Source: Lingula anatina (lineage: Eukaryota > Animalia > Brachiopoda). Taken from it: DNA of 64,000 bases. Of this stretch, positions 14,301-27,800 are shown piece after piece. The notes beneath the pieces were generated by a model. That model saw only the letters and a list, made by a program, of their open reading frames with translations. It made no database searches and was not told the DNA's origin. The stretch's first letter is position 1. The number at the start of each line of letters is the position of its first letter. The DNA lies in NCBI GenBank assembly GCA_051362555.1, contig CM120641.1, forward strand, positions 3,224,001 through 3,288,000, read 5' to 3'. A program made the position numbers and the translations under genes.

Positions 14301-16079
14301 TTCGTCACTGAATAAAACCTCTCTGGAACCATAGGTGAGACAAGTGATGCAATTCTACATGCCAGACTGCACACAAGAAAGCTGTGAGTACTGATTTTCT
14401 TATAATATGGAACTTATTCCAAGCGACAGATTTGTGCAAAAGGAACAGGAGACCAATTAAGGCTGTTCATTTCCGGCTTGTTGCAGCAGAGTTATCCCAT
14501 TCCGTGTTCTCATGTTCTCAAACAGTATGTTACGTCAATTACATCTCCACCAGTCACAGGCTTTTTTTGGGGACAGTTCCGTCAATTGATTAGTCTAAAG
14601 CAATATCCTTAGGGGCAACGCTAGCGACTCCATAGCAACAGAACCTTAAATTTCTAGACCTTACTTTGAGCTTGTTATGCTACTTGAATGTCTTTTCCTG
14701 AAGAGATGAAATAGTGCTCCAATTTTTGGTATGATTTCAAACACATATCCAGGTTGTTTTATAGCTCCTTTTTCCATTTTTTTGGATCAATCCTGATTCT
14801 TGTCGACTTTACTTTTTTTTGCCAATAATTTGTTATCTATTTAGCATGTCAATAAGACATTTGTGGATGTAAAATGTTCTAAAATGACTTGTAGTAAAGA
14901 GACTTGTTGGCTCCGATTACAAAATTCTTTGTCATATTCCAGAAGTATCATATCACCTGTTTCAGCTGCTGTATCTACCTCTCCAGAGATGCCATGAAGT
15001 CATTGCTTCATCAATGATAAATGTATACAACTGAGGATGTTCAGATGCCTCAGATAGCAGTACAAGCATATAAGCCCAGGTTACACTTTATGACAATCTT
15101 GTGCGATCCAAGTTTGAAAGCTACTCAGGGTCAACTTGGCGAAAATATTTGTGAAATATATAAATTATTCAAAAAATTGCTGAAAAAAATAGTATATTTT
15201 AGTTGAATTCTTTCTTGGTAATCTCTATACACATGGAATCTTCAGTTCATGTCAGGTTTGCATTAATTTCTATAAGTGTAAACGGGGTTCAAGTTTGTTC
15301 CAGGAGTTGAATAGAGTCTTCCTGTCTTGCAGACATGCTTCCCCTGGTTTGTACGAAGTGGTTTCCTTCCCCTCCAGTTCCATATTGGGGGTACAACAAT
15401 GACGTGTCAAAATCACCATTCATCTGGAAAATTACTTCAAGCTTAAATAATCCACTGGTATGGCTAGAGCCATTGTGTTCCAATAAATCTCCAACATTAA
15501 GTGGTCACCTGTTGGCTATTTCAAATGTAGAAGAAATGGTAGAAATCCAATAGAAAAATGTTAAAATAATATTTATTGGTACGTTTGTTTTGTGAAATGC
15601 CTTCCTTGGTACACCTGATGGTATTCAGTAAACCTTATATCATTTCCTCACTCCTGGTCACTTCTTAATGGTCATTATCCTAGGCAGGACTTCAATATTT
15701 CATTGGTTTGTTGGCAGTTTCTTCTAAAATATTTCTGTCCTAATGTGCACACTTCTCAGGTCATCCATTGCAGCAGTAGAATTGAAACGTCAAACAAAAA
15801 AAAAAAAAGCACTTGCCCTTGGTGACATTTAGTTGTGTTATACAAGTAAGCGGCACTTCCTGTCAAAGCTGAAGTTTTTTTTCCTTTGGTACATAGACTC
15901 AGTGTTTCACTTTTTACCACATAATATTCATAAAAATAATCCATAATAAATATGGCTGTCCACAGATAATTGATGGTTGATAACATAAAAAATCCACAAT
16001 GAAATCCAGTGTGTTACTGGGGATAAATCCTGTTTCCTCAATGAACAGTGAATGCTGCCTTTATTTACAGAATATTACA

Positions 16080-16159
<80 letters not shown>

Positions 16160-16724
16160 CAACTTGCAAGGCTTTTTAGTAGCAAGAAAAAGCACAAACA
16201 TACCCAGTGTACAGAGTATAAGTTAGTGTCATAAGGTCATGTTATCTATGAGGGGAGCACCTGTCACTGATAGGGAGATACCACTATGGTGACTTAACCA
16301 TGCACATGCTCTGATGTATTAGTACTAGTAAAATACTAGTGCTAGAACATTTACATCGTACGGCTATTAAAGAGTGAGGCTTTAAACAAGATGAGTCTTC
16401 TTGCAGTACTACTAGTTACAACAACCATACCTTCACATTGTAAATGCTAACAGTATCTCTCTTCATTCCAATAATAAACTTGGCCTTGGCATCTATTTCC
16501 CTGAAAAAGACATCAATATATTACCGAGAGACAAGCAAGTTAACGTCATACACCTTTTGAACTCGCGCTACTGTTTTAAACAGACCGCGCCATATTCAAC
16601 AACGTACGTCAACAAACCTAGACTAGAGTCTGTTAAGAAGCGTGTTTACATGAAATTGACCGGTGAAATCTACTTACTTTTTGGTCATAGGCCTGACCCT
16701 TACGGCCACTTTTACGTTTGACAT
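11368..16724 (-). CDS. STARD9: STARD9 (KIF16A)-like kinesin-3, N-terminal motor exons 1-3; gene continues past the left edge
   Basis: Exons 16678-16724 (47 nt), 16431-16500 (70 nt) and 11368-11487 (120 nt), all GT-AG and phase-consistent. They give MSNVKVAVRVRPMTKKEIDAKAKFIIGMKRDTVSIYNVKLGDADKTEYGDSRDKVKHFVFDYAYWSVDSKLPDYASQEL. VKVAVRVRP is the kinesin motor start; GDSRDKV..FDYAYWSV..YASQ resembles STARD9 more than KIF16B. I did not find the P-loop exon in the window. Confidence 0.85.
16081..16156. repeat. Compound microsatellite (TG)n(AG)n followed by a G run
   Basis: Directly visible in STARD9 intron 2. Confidence 0.95.
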
Positions 16725-19700
16725 AGTTTCTATACTTTCTAGCCGTTTTCCATCTTCATCTTAAAGGATTTGTAAGCCTCCTAACTATAAGCGTATACTC
16801 CATTGTAAAGTCACACACTTAATGTGTGCGGATTCCCCGGGTTAGTCCATTTCGGCAGCTGAAAGGGGAGAAAAGGTGGCGCCGAAAAATGTGCAGTGTG
16901 AATAGAAACATTAGTTTTGGACTATTAGCATCTTAATTCTTAGTAAATTATTGACATAGTAATCAATGCGTGGATTCTTTCTCCATAGTTTTCTCGAGTT
17001 ACGATCGAATTTGATCGATCAATGACTTTGCCGTGCTTGCCTGTGAACTTGACCGCTCCTGGAGGAAGATCAAATTTTGACAGCGAGATATAGTAACAGT
17101 AGTGGAGGCGAGTTAACTTCTACAAGTTCACAAGAAGGTGTAGGAGCGAAAAAAAACTTGGATCTGTTTTCTATGAGGGGCGGAGATATATCCTGTAGAG
17201 TGGTGTACTGTCAGCATGCTATTCTTAGAGCACGAGTTACGATGTACGTTACGATGTATTACTTTACTGTGAGAGAATAAGCATTGGTGCTGTCACCTAA
17301 CGGTCGCTGTCGAAGTTACGTCAACAATTTGTCCAGTTCTTCCATACTTATCAGCTGCGAAATTAGTACATGCCCCTTAAAACCACATAAGATACTGTAA
17401 CGCTCGAAATGAAAAGCAATTAAAAAGATGTCAACATGCATATATTTTATTTCATAATATCTTCGGGTTAGGACCCGGTTTAATTATTGGATCCTACTTA
17501 GGTTTGGATTTCACAGGTGTTTTTACAATCTCAAAGAACCTCCCCATAAATCTAACAAGTTAAAGAGGCAATGTAATAAAGTCATAAATACTGAACAGAT
17601 AAAATGACAGCTTATGATATTGAAAAATATGTACTTCTCATGACATGGCATATTAAATATGAAGTATATAACATATTTTCTACGTTAGACCAATTAAAGA
17701 ACCAATAGACACAAATGAATAAGAATGGAAAAATGAAGTGCAACTTGTAATGACCTGCACTGACTATCATCCACAACTTGAAAAGATACTTTTTTAACTG
17801 GTCCACTGGACCCTAAAAAAAAGAAAATAATACAATCTCCTGGAATGCCTGCAGACTTTGCTGCCACCTATATGTATGTTGCTCAAGCAACAGCATCTAC
17901 AACATACATCACATGAAGAATTATAAAATCACTCAAGGGCTGAATAAAATCTATCAGCATTCATTTCTAACCCAGTCAATATTAAAACCGCCTTGTAACA
18001 TTCATGTAGTGATACAATAATTTATTATAAAGAAGATATATTTGCATAAAAAGCCACAACAAACAATATTGTTTTCAAAATCATTGGAATGCAATTACAC
18101 GCCACAAAAATGACAGAAAACTATACTGTTGAATAAAAAAGAAATATGTGTTTTAGAAATTGATATAAAGTTTGAAATCATTTCAGCCCAGACCCCACAT
18201 TTGGTTTTAGTGAGCAAGTGAATAACATTGGAGAATGAGAATTTTTTTTAAACAATTAATAATTTTAACACTAACAGCAGAAAACTTGGATGCCATTTCT
18301 CCATCATTGCACAATGGAAGCAGAGTAACAAATCTTAATATCAACAAACTTATTTGTACTGATAGAAGCTTGTTTTAAACTCATCAAATATTACTCAGGT
18401 TATTTCTTTCTTTCAGTCTGGGGGTTAAGTTCATGGAGAAAACGTACTCAAGCCAGAGGCCAATCTCAGTCAGGTCAGGTACAACTTCTTCAAAATGGTT
18501 TAAAATTTCACTCCCAAACAATTTTTTACACATAGATTTTTTTCTTTTACTCCCAAACCACATTATTTATACCTTTGTGCATGGACCACATTTGATTTTC
18601 AACATAAACCTATACTCTCAGGCTTGTGTGCCTACCCTTCCCAAGACTGCCCTAGCCCAGCTCCTCTCCTAAGTGAGAGAGAGAACAATTTATCTCAATT
18701 TGCACTCAAGAATTTCACATGAACAGTGCATTTAACAGAACTGCTGTAGGATAGAGTCACTTTCATTCTGGAGGAGATAAAATACAGATACTATCACTGA
18801 ATTGTGATAAATTGTGTTGTAAGCTTCACTAACACAATGAAATCACAACTGTTACTTGACTGATTGCATTTGTGTTTTAAACATTAATGTCCCAATTTAA
18901 AATACAAGGTATTGATAAAATATACTAAGGTATTAATAATAAATGTCTATGTATATTATTTCAAACATTCTTCACAGATATATTATGTACCTTTGCATAA
19001 AACAGAAACTTGGTGGAGTTCTTTAAATGTTTATGGTGTACCCTTCATTAAAATCAAAATTTCATTAAATTCAATTTAGTAAACACTTACAAATCTCTAC
19101 CCAATAAAATGTAAAATTGTTGGAATTCTTGAAACATTATGCAATTGTGGAATCTTAAAAAATAATTACAAACAAAATCACCTCCACATGTACTATTCAA
19201 ACGATACCTACATAATGGCATTCAAAGAGATTTACACTCATTCTTCTGATTTAATATCTATCTACCCTTGCCAGATTGCACTTTAAAAACAGTAAGACAA
19301 TAACTTACCAGTTATCTTAAATATCAAGATGTCCCCGCAGTTAATAAGCATCACAATTGTAAAGCATTTACTACTGAATACATTTTAAACATTTACATTG
19401 TAAACAAGTATGTTATTATCAGATAGCAGAACTACAATAATGTGAACTCTAAAAGAACTGCATTCCTTTTCACTTTGCAACTTGCTCAATACATAGTTGA
19501 CTAGTTATCCTAGCTAGAGAATATTTTTTAAATTAAACAATGAAGTATATTTCTTCAATTGATTAAAATATTATTCATAAAAAAGAAGAACCATTAAATA
19601 ATTTAGATTAGTAAAAGAAAAGATATTATAAACTTAAATGTAACTTGACTTTCTTAATACCAAATAAAACTTTGTATAAAAGAAATTAAATGCCTTGTTA

Positions 19701-19947
19701 TGTTTTGCAACTACATGTATATAATCTCTTATTAACAATACAGATGTCGAACCATCACCTTATTTTGCACAGTTACATTGGGGATTTTGATTCCAAACAC
19801 ACCCTTCCAGTTTCCTACTTGTGCCTTGTACATAATTTGATGATAATACATTTAATAAATGTTGGCACAGCCAAATCACAAATATTCCAAAAAGTGAAAA
19901 CATTCTTAGAAAGTCTGTTGCTGTACTGAATGTCAACAATAAGATGA

Positions 19948-20001
19948 CTACACTGTCTAAAGAGAGTCTCAGATCTACACTGTCTAAAGAGAGTCTCAGA
20001 T
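19948..20001. repeat. Perfect 27-bp tandem duplication in the SYT14 3'UTR
   Basis: CTACACTGTCTAAAGAGAGTCTCAGAT x2. Confidence 0.9.
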
Positions 20002-20244
20002 TTTGCTGATTGTTTCACCTTTTTCTTCTTATTCCATGTTATTCCACCCAGACCTTATCTAAAACCAGATAAAAGCCATAAAGTGAAAAACTGGTACCTA
20101 CCATCCATTACATAAAATATTTTTAACCAGATTGCCATATCAGACTAAAAAGAAGACTAAACCCACAGATGTGAAATCTGCCTCCTCGAGTGCCAAGACT
20201 ACTAAAAAAGATGTCAGGAGAGAGAGTCACAGTCCCTGCTCGGA

Positions 20245-21727
20245 TCAAGGCTCCAGTAACACGTGCCACCTGCAAACCGTCTCTCCTCGGCTCTCCCTCA
20301 TGTCGTTCCAATGTGAGATTTCCTCCTCTCCGCTGCTGTTCATACCTTAAAATACAAGTAACATGGTTTATAACTTGACCAAAAAAAGGTTTTTCAAACA
20401 TAAAAATATTAATTGATGCTACAGGTAGGGCCATTCTATATCCGTCTTCCATTTGTGACATCTACTTTTTTTTCACAAAACTTCATCTTTTGATATATCA
20501 TGAAAAATATAAAATTTGATAATAATAATAATAATAATAATAATCTGTGGCTTAATTTCTTTTAATCATTTATGCAAGCGAGATGATAGAGTTTGGATTC
20601 CACATTAAGACAAGTTCCCCAATGAGGCATCCCATTTACCAATGTACCACTAGCACATTGCAACCCTTAACCAAACCACATTGAAATAAAGTGTATTTTC
20701 AACAATGAAAGTATATATAAAGTAAATTTCCATGGAATAAAATAGAGAAAAGATTCAAGTCAAATCAAGCCTCTTTCACCACACCAAGTATATTCAGAGC
20801 TGAAGCCCAATTTATATTTCCAAAAAATACTCACAACTATCATTCATGGGACCTTAAAATATCAGAACTTTGTGTAAAAGCAATGTACAATATCACTGAT
20901 CTCTTTAGAATGGGCTTAGCCAAGGATATTCTAACAATAAAAAATGCATACATCCTTATTCATAAACAGATTACAATATCACTCATTCCAATGAGGATCA
21001 CACCATGCGTCAATAATTTTATCACCTGTTAGACATTAAGATACTATTAACACCTTCTGACACAAAAATATCTCTATGAATCTTACCTAGTGAAAACCAG
21101 CCAATCATTTCTTTCCTTTTCATGCTCCTCTTATTGTACACCGACACCATTAACGTCACATCAGGAAGCTGAAACAGTGCCACTTGAAACATGAATGTTT
21201 CCTTAAATAATGGATTAGGCTGCCCTCTACGGATTGACGTCTTTGCTCTTGTGATTTCCTGTCCATTTGGAGACATCAGTGTAAGTTTGACATAAGTATC
21301 TGAAATAAGACAATTACAGTTCCCAAAATAAGAGAGAATAGCAGTGTTGTGCTATATGACAAACGTAATTTTGCCTTAGAGTGTATTTTTTAATGAAATC
21401 CTTTTTTTACAACACTGTGCCATGTAATTGTGGTAACAGATTTTACAGACACAAGTACAGGCAAAAGAGACGGCAATGAGAAAAAGCTTAAAAAGAAGAT
21501 GAAACAAGATAAAATATCATGATCACTACTGATAGAAATTAAAATGAAAAAAAAAATAGTTAAAACCTAAAAAATAAGTATTTGCTGTTGACATTTGGAT
21601 TTCTAATATGTCCAGCAAAATGTTTATACCTTTTGCTTCACTGACCTACAGTTGTCTTGGCTATGATTAAGAGACTTTAGTTATAGTACTGTGAGGTCAT
21701 TGCAAAAGGATTGTCAAGAAAGCACTA

Positions 21728-21809
<82 letters not shown>

Positions 21810-24800
21810 TATTTGTCAGTCGATCTCACCTGGAGCTCTGTTCATGGCCATGTTTCTGAAGTTGCTTCCCTTGATCACCTCCACAGACAGCCGTCCTGTG
21901 GTGCCATTGTAAGCCAATCCCAGCAGCAGCTCAGGCATGCCGCCATGCTGCATGGATTGCGTGGACGACGCGCTGTCACTGCGTGACAGACTGGACATAT
22001 CAAACCCAGACTCACCATGCTGAAAAAAATTTATAGTGATGTTTAATTTTTGAAAAATAGTATGTCCTCACGTGTTCAAATAATTATTCTGAGAAATTGA
22101 TGTTCCTGCAATTTGCAAACACTAGTTATAAAATTACAAAATGGTGGAAGCCATTTAAAACAAAAATTTAGATTCCAAATTATCTGAGGAATTATTTCAT
22201 TAGGCACACTTTGAGCTCAACTGCACAATTAACTTATGTTATTTCATTCCAACAGCCATAACCACATGGGTTTCAAAATCTTTCTGTGCAAAGCATACAG
22301 CTTTTGAATTTGTTGTTCAAGGTCCCATACAAGGGAAACAAAGATGCAAAACTGATCTAGAAAGGTTCAATATGCAAAGATCTTAAAAGTGTTATGGCCC
22401 TTAAATATTCTCTAAAATCACGCCAATAGAAGCAATCAATTATCTAATTCAACACTGGACCCCATCCAGCTTCTATGCAATTTTTATGACAAATTATCTG
22501 CAAGATCTAGTACGGAGTCTTATAAGCCACTCACGCTGAGATTACTCCTCGGCTCCAAGTTGACCCAGTGTGTGTTCTCTCCTTCCAGGCTGAGTGAGGC
22601 AAACCCTATGATACACTCCCCTATCATCCTCTCTCTCCTCATCCTTTCGGTACCATACAGACGGATACGGACACCCATGTCATTCACCTCCTCTGCAATT
22701 TGTGAAACAAAACACTTGGGTTAATAAGGATTACTTTTTAACAGTAGAGGTTTGTGATATGAAGGAGCAAAATGTTTCAGGCAAATAAGGAAATGAGTGT
22801 TCTGTGACTCGTTTTTCTACTTATCAACTGATACTTTGATTAAATGAGTAATGGCATCCGGTTAAAGAGTTGCAGTATATTAATCAATATTTGGCATATT
22901 ATGGCATGTCTATCTCATAACATTGCAGTAAAATGTGAAGTCTTTTAAAAATGTGATAATCTAACGCTTTCCTAGTTTAAGTTTACAAGGCAATGCACTA
23001 TTTGTTTGTCTATTTGTGTTTGTTTACTTGTGTGTTTTATTCATCCTTTATTTATTTATACTGACAATAAACAGTTTTCTTTTAAGTAATTTTGAAAAGA
23101 AAAAAATAATATCATCATGGATTTTACCTGGAGCAATCTTGGTGAATAGAAACTCTTCCTGAAATATTGGATCCTCTCCTGTCTTTACTCTAGTTTTGTG
23201 CCTCTGTTTCTTGCTCGGCAGCAGCAGTAGTCTCACTTGTGTGTGGTTGGCTCCTCCCCTCTCTCTGGTCGGAATGTCTTTGGCTTGGATGATCCCAACG
23301 TTCATCCTTTGTTTGGCAGCATCGTAGCTAAATGATACTTCTATACTCCCACATTTCGATATAAGAGGAGGCTCAGGTTGAAGAATGTCACTTACATCAA
23401 AGAGATTCTCCTGTTAAAAAGGCAAGATTAATGAATATTCTTATATTGAATTTCCTGAAAGATTACCCATCCGTAAAACTAACTTTCAATTTCATTTATT
23501 AAAACAGAGTTTATAATAACACAAATTATATTCAATTTAATAATTTCATCAAATTCATGCTTCTCTGAGCAAAACTTGAAAACCCTGCTTATTTACATAG
23601 GCATTTCTTGAGAGCTTTCACAAACTTTGTTAAACAATAGACAATTATCTAAATTGAACAATCGAAAAAAAATCAATTCAAAAATCTTCCTCTGTAGAAC
23701 TAAAAAACGCAAATGGCCCTCGCTGCCAGTTTCAATACCCTCCATTTCATTGAACGGCGACAGACATAAAACGATTAGTTTCACAAGGAAGTGAATTTGC
23801 CCTGGAACTTAGGCAGTTCTTGGAAAAAAATCTCTTGAGGGACAGTTGTGATCATGTTAAGAATTATTGATTGAGTTCTTCTTCCTCACTTACATCCGAT
23901 GCTGCCCCAGGAGGCCTGGTATCACTCTGGGCGCCTTTAGTGGGGCTTCCCTCAAAGCCAGCATTGTCATAGCCTGGCATGTCACCTAGAAAAAGAAATA
24001 AAATATTAAAAAAAACAGAATGCATTATTTATATAACAGCATATGTTATGTGAAAGTCAATCACTGTGGAGTATTTTCATGTGCTTGTGTAGATGATATG
24101 AAATGTATGAAGCAGACATCTGAAAGAAAGTAGACAAAATCTATAAAATTATTATCTGATAGTGTCATTTTTGTCCTGGTTCTCCTTAAAATACATGATC
24201 AATAAAAGGACAATGAACTGCCGATGTGCAGCACCAAAAATCATTTTTTATCGCTGTTGTGCAACAACAAAATCGAATTACTGTCTGGCTGGCTGCACAA
24301 TTAAGCCTAATAATTGCTTCAGTTTCACCAAGCAGAGCAAATTAATGACCCAAATGAAAAAAATCCAACAGGAATCAAACTGGTTCTAATACCCATGGGG
24401 TCAAAAACACAGATAACTAGAGGATCAGAGAGGCGATACCGCCTCTGGATATTGTACCACCAGCTGGAGTAAGCACATTCGTAAGGACACCCCCCCAAAA
24501 AAAATAATAAAAAAAAATTGGACACCACCACCAGTCTTGTGCTTGACAAGCTCTATAAAATGCAATAAACAAGAGTTCTCAAAATATGCACAAAAAAAAA
24601 AAAAAAAAAAAAAAAATCAAAAAAACATAACAGTTAAAATGGTCCAATCAAGGAGATGTTCAAATTGACCTATATTTTCCTAACACTGATCACTCCTGTG
24701 ATTTTCTAGACAATAGGCCTATTGGTTTTCCTTGAAATGCATTATCAGTATTGCATATACCGGTATGCTGACAAAAGAGAAAACCTAGGGACAACACTGA

Positions 24801-27800
24801 GCAGATCTCTGCTAGTTTTGAAGATATGAAGGGCACGAAAATATGCAGAGTTCACTTTGTGGTAAAAAGGTAGGTCAAAGGTCAATTTCAAGGCCACAGT
24901 ATATGACTTCCTATAAAGGTTCAATAGTAGCTATGGGCATTTCTTTACCAATGTTGGAGATATGAAGGCCAGGAAACATGCAAAGTGCAGTTCAACATAA
25001 ATAGTAGGTCAAAGGTCAATTTCAAGGTCACAGTAAGATTGCCAGTTTATGACTTTCTATTCAAGTTCAATAGTAACTTTGGACCTATCTCTGCCAGTTT
25101 TCGAGATATAAGGGATAGAAAATTTGCAAAGTTCAGTTCATGTTGAAAAGTAGGTCAAAGGTCAATTTCTAGGTCACAATAAGAATGCCAGTATATGACT
25201 TCCTATTCATGTTTAACAGTAACTATGGGTGTATCTCTGCCAGTTTTGGAGATATAAGGGCTGGAAAATTTGCAAAGTTCAGTTCATGGTGAAAAGTAGG
25301 TCAAATGTCAATTTAAAGGTCACAGTTAGATTAACAGTATATAACTTCCTATTCAAGTTCAATAGTAACTATGGGCGTATCTTTGCCAGTTTTGGAGATA
25401 TAAAGATCAGAAAACTTCAAAGTGCAGTTCATCATGAAATGTAGGTCAAAGGTCAATTTCAAGGTCACAGTTAGATTACCAGTATATGACTTCTTACTCA
25501 AGTTCAATAGTAACTATGGGCATATCTCTGCTAATTTTGGAATATTTATCATTTTCCCCACTGAATATTGCAATGTTGTAATTTTTGATATAGCGCAATG
25601 CCTAAACCATATCGAAAACAAAAAAATGGACACCACCTCCAGTATTGCACTTGACAAGTTCTACAAAATGCGATGAACAAAAGGTTTCTGGCATTTACCA
25701 TTCCAGAATAAAAACAAGTTTTCAGTTTCGGGATCTAATGGCTGCTTCTCCCGTGAAAATGCACCGATTGACCCCAAACTCCCAAAGATGAAAGGAGTCC
25801 CCAATTGTAACCCCTCACTGTAACAGGAGAGCTTAGATCTGTATAGTTTCCAAAAAATAGCACAAACAAATATTTTTTTGCAGAAAATTCCCATTTTTTA
25901 GACAATTTTGGCTTGTTTGACCTTGAAAAAAAGGTCAAAAGTCAAATCCAAGGGCATATTTGGAATCTCCACATATGAGTTTCGGTCAGACTTCTGTAGT
26001 AATTTTTCCCATAATTCCTTTGGTTTGGGAGATATTTAGCCTTGAATTTTCAAAAATTTTGACAAGGGTGCGTTTCAACAAGTGTCACGCCCAGGCCAAT
26101 GCACCGACAGAGATAAAAAAAACAGGGTGTTCAAGTTGAGATTATATGTGACCTAAATCCAAGAGATGGGGACACAGGTCCTGGCGGTCTAGGAGGAGAA
26201 GCGGTAACGGTGACTTGTTTCCGGCGCCCGACTGCGGAGCCGCAGGAGCCGGCGGAGCCGCAGGAGCCGGCGGAGCCGGCGGAGCTGTACGAGACGGGTC
26301 GGGACTAAAACCATGAGTACCGCCAGCGTATACGCTGGTGGTACTAATAATGTAACATGTGCTGAGCAAACAGAAAATTTACTTTCTCGGGGGGAGGGGG
26401 GGGGAGATATTCAAAACTATACAGGCCTCTGAAGCTCACAAGGCAAACAAAAAAGCATTTAATTTCAACTGCAGCAAAATCTTGAACTTTATAGTCTTCT
26501 GGGATGATGTATTGAAATAGTCTATTCCAGCTGACAAGACAAACTGAAATGCAAAATCACACTCACTTAACCTTAACATAATGATAAAATATTTTTTTTA
26601 AATGAGGTGTCCAAAATTTGTGGGTAATTCCCATACATACCCCTGTCTTCATGGTGGGGTGATGCTGCTGTAGAACTCAGGTCACTCTCACTCTTGTGGC
26701 TAGGATTATGGCCATCCCCTTGGTCATTCAGTGATATCAAGTCTTTTTCCACAACCTTCTTTTCCTCTTCTGAGCGGTGACCATTGTCTGACAGAGAGTA
26801 AAATATTACGGTAATGACTTGATCTTTTCAATGGTAGAAATTATGAACTTTACAGATACTGTATTTTTTAAGTCTTAATTTCTTAAAATAAGAGCAATCA
26901 TATGGAGTGGTGGCAACAAAATTGAAAAGCAGACTACCTTTTAGTTCTATGCATTAAAAGCAACACAAATGTTATAAAAAATATAATTTTTATGGTTTTA
27001 AAATGATGTATCTGAAAGTTTTCACCCAGACAATTTCCATCCATTGAAAAGATTGAGTCATTACAGTATACAAATGACAATCTTTGAACAGTTGTCTTGT
27101 TTAACCTGTCAGACAAGATTCAGTATTTACCATGTGTTTCAATAAGATTTTATAATAATGCACAACAGATTCCAATTTTCATCCTACCAATACTGTCAAT
27201 CTATTATTTTTTCATTTTAGAAAGAACCACATATATGATGACTAAATAGGAGTAGGCGACAGAATTTTTTATCTTTAAAATTACCTACAGATACAATCAG
27301 CATTGGCTGACCTTTAAAGTAGTAACGACAACAGTGAAATCTATGCTACAGACTGAGCTAAAATCTTCTCACTTTCCTGAATTCCTCATATTTTCTCTTA
27401 TGTAAGGTAATTTAGATCCAACAACACCCTTGATGTTCTTTCACACATCGCAAAGGAGGAAATCCCTTCAAAAGATTTTTTTATAAATCTCAATATCTGA
27501 TATAGACAATGCTGTTTGAAGGAAGGAGGGAGATGAAATGGCCCTGGTTACACCATTCAGTCTGCTCTTGTTATACTTTTCAGCCTACTGGTTAAATTTG
27601 AAATCCATACATAATGGGAAAATCAATCTAAAACAACTAGTACCATTTACACCGGTTCTTAGAAAAATTACATTTCCTACTACCCTGACAGCAAATCTGA
27701 TGATCAATGGAAAGCATCCAATATGGCCTAAAATGAGGCCGTCTGCACTGAGTGATGTCATACAAAAATAGGAAATGTGAAATTTTATGAGTTGGGTTAA

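Noticed and set aside
20123-20461. 112-aa minus-strand ORF and two plus-strand ORFs
   Set aside because: Alternative frames over the SYT14 last exon, whose correct frame is 20245-20345.
26142-26369. Pro/Ala-rich ORF ([12 protein letters not shown])
   Set aside because: It is the translation of the 9-bp microsatellite at the HINE 3' end, with no splice or homology support.
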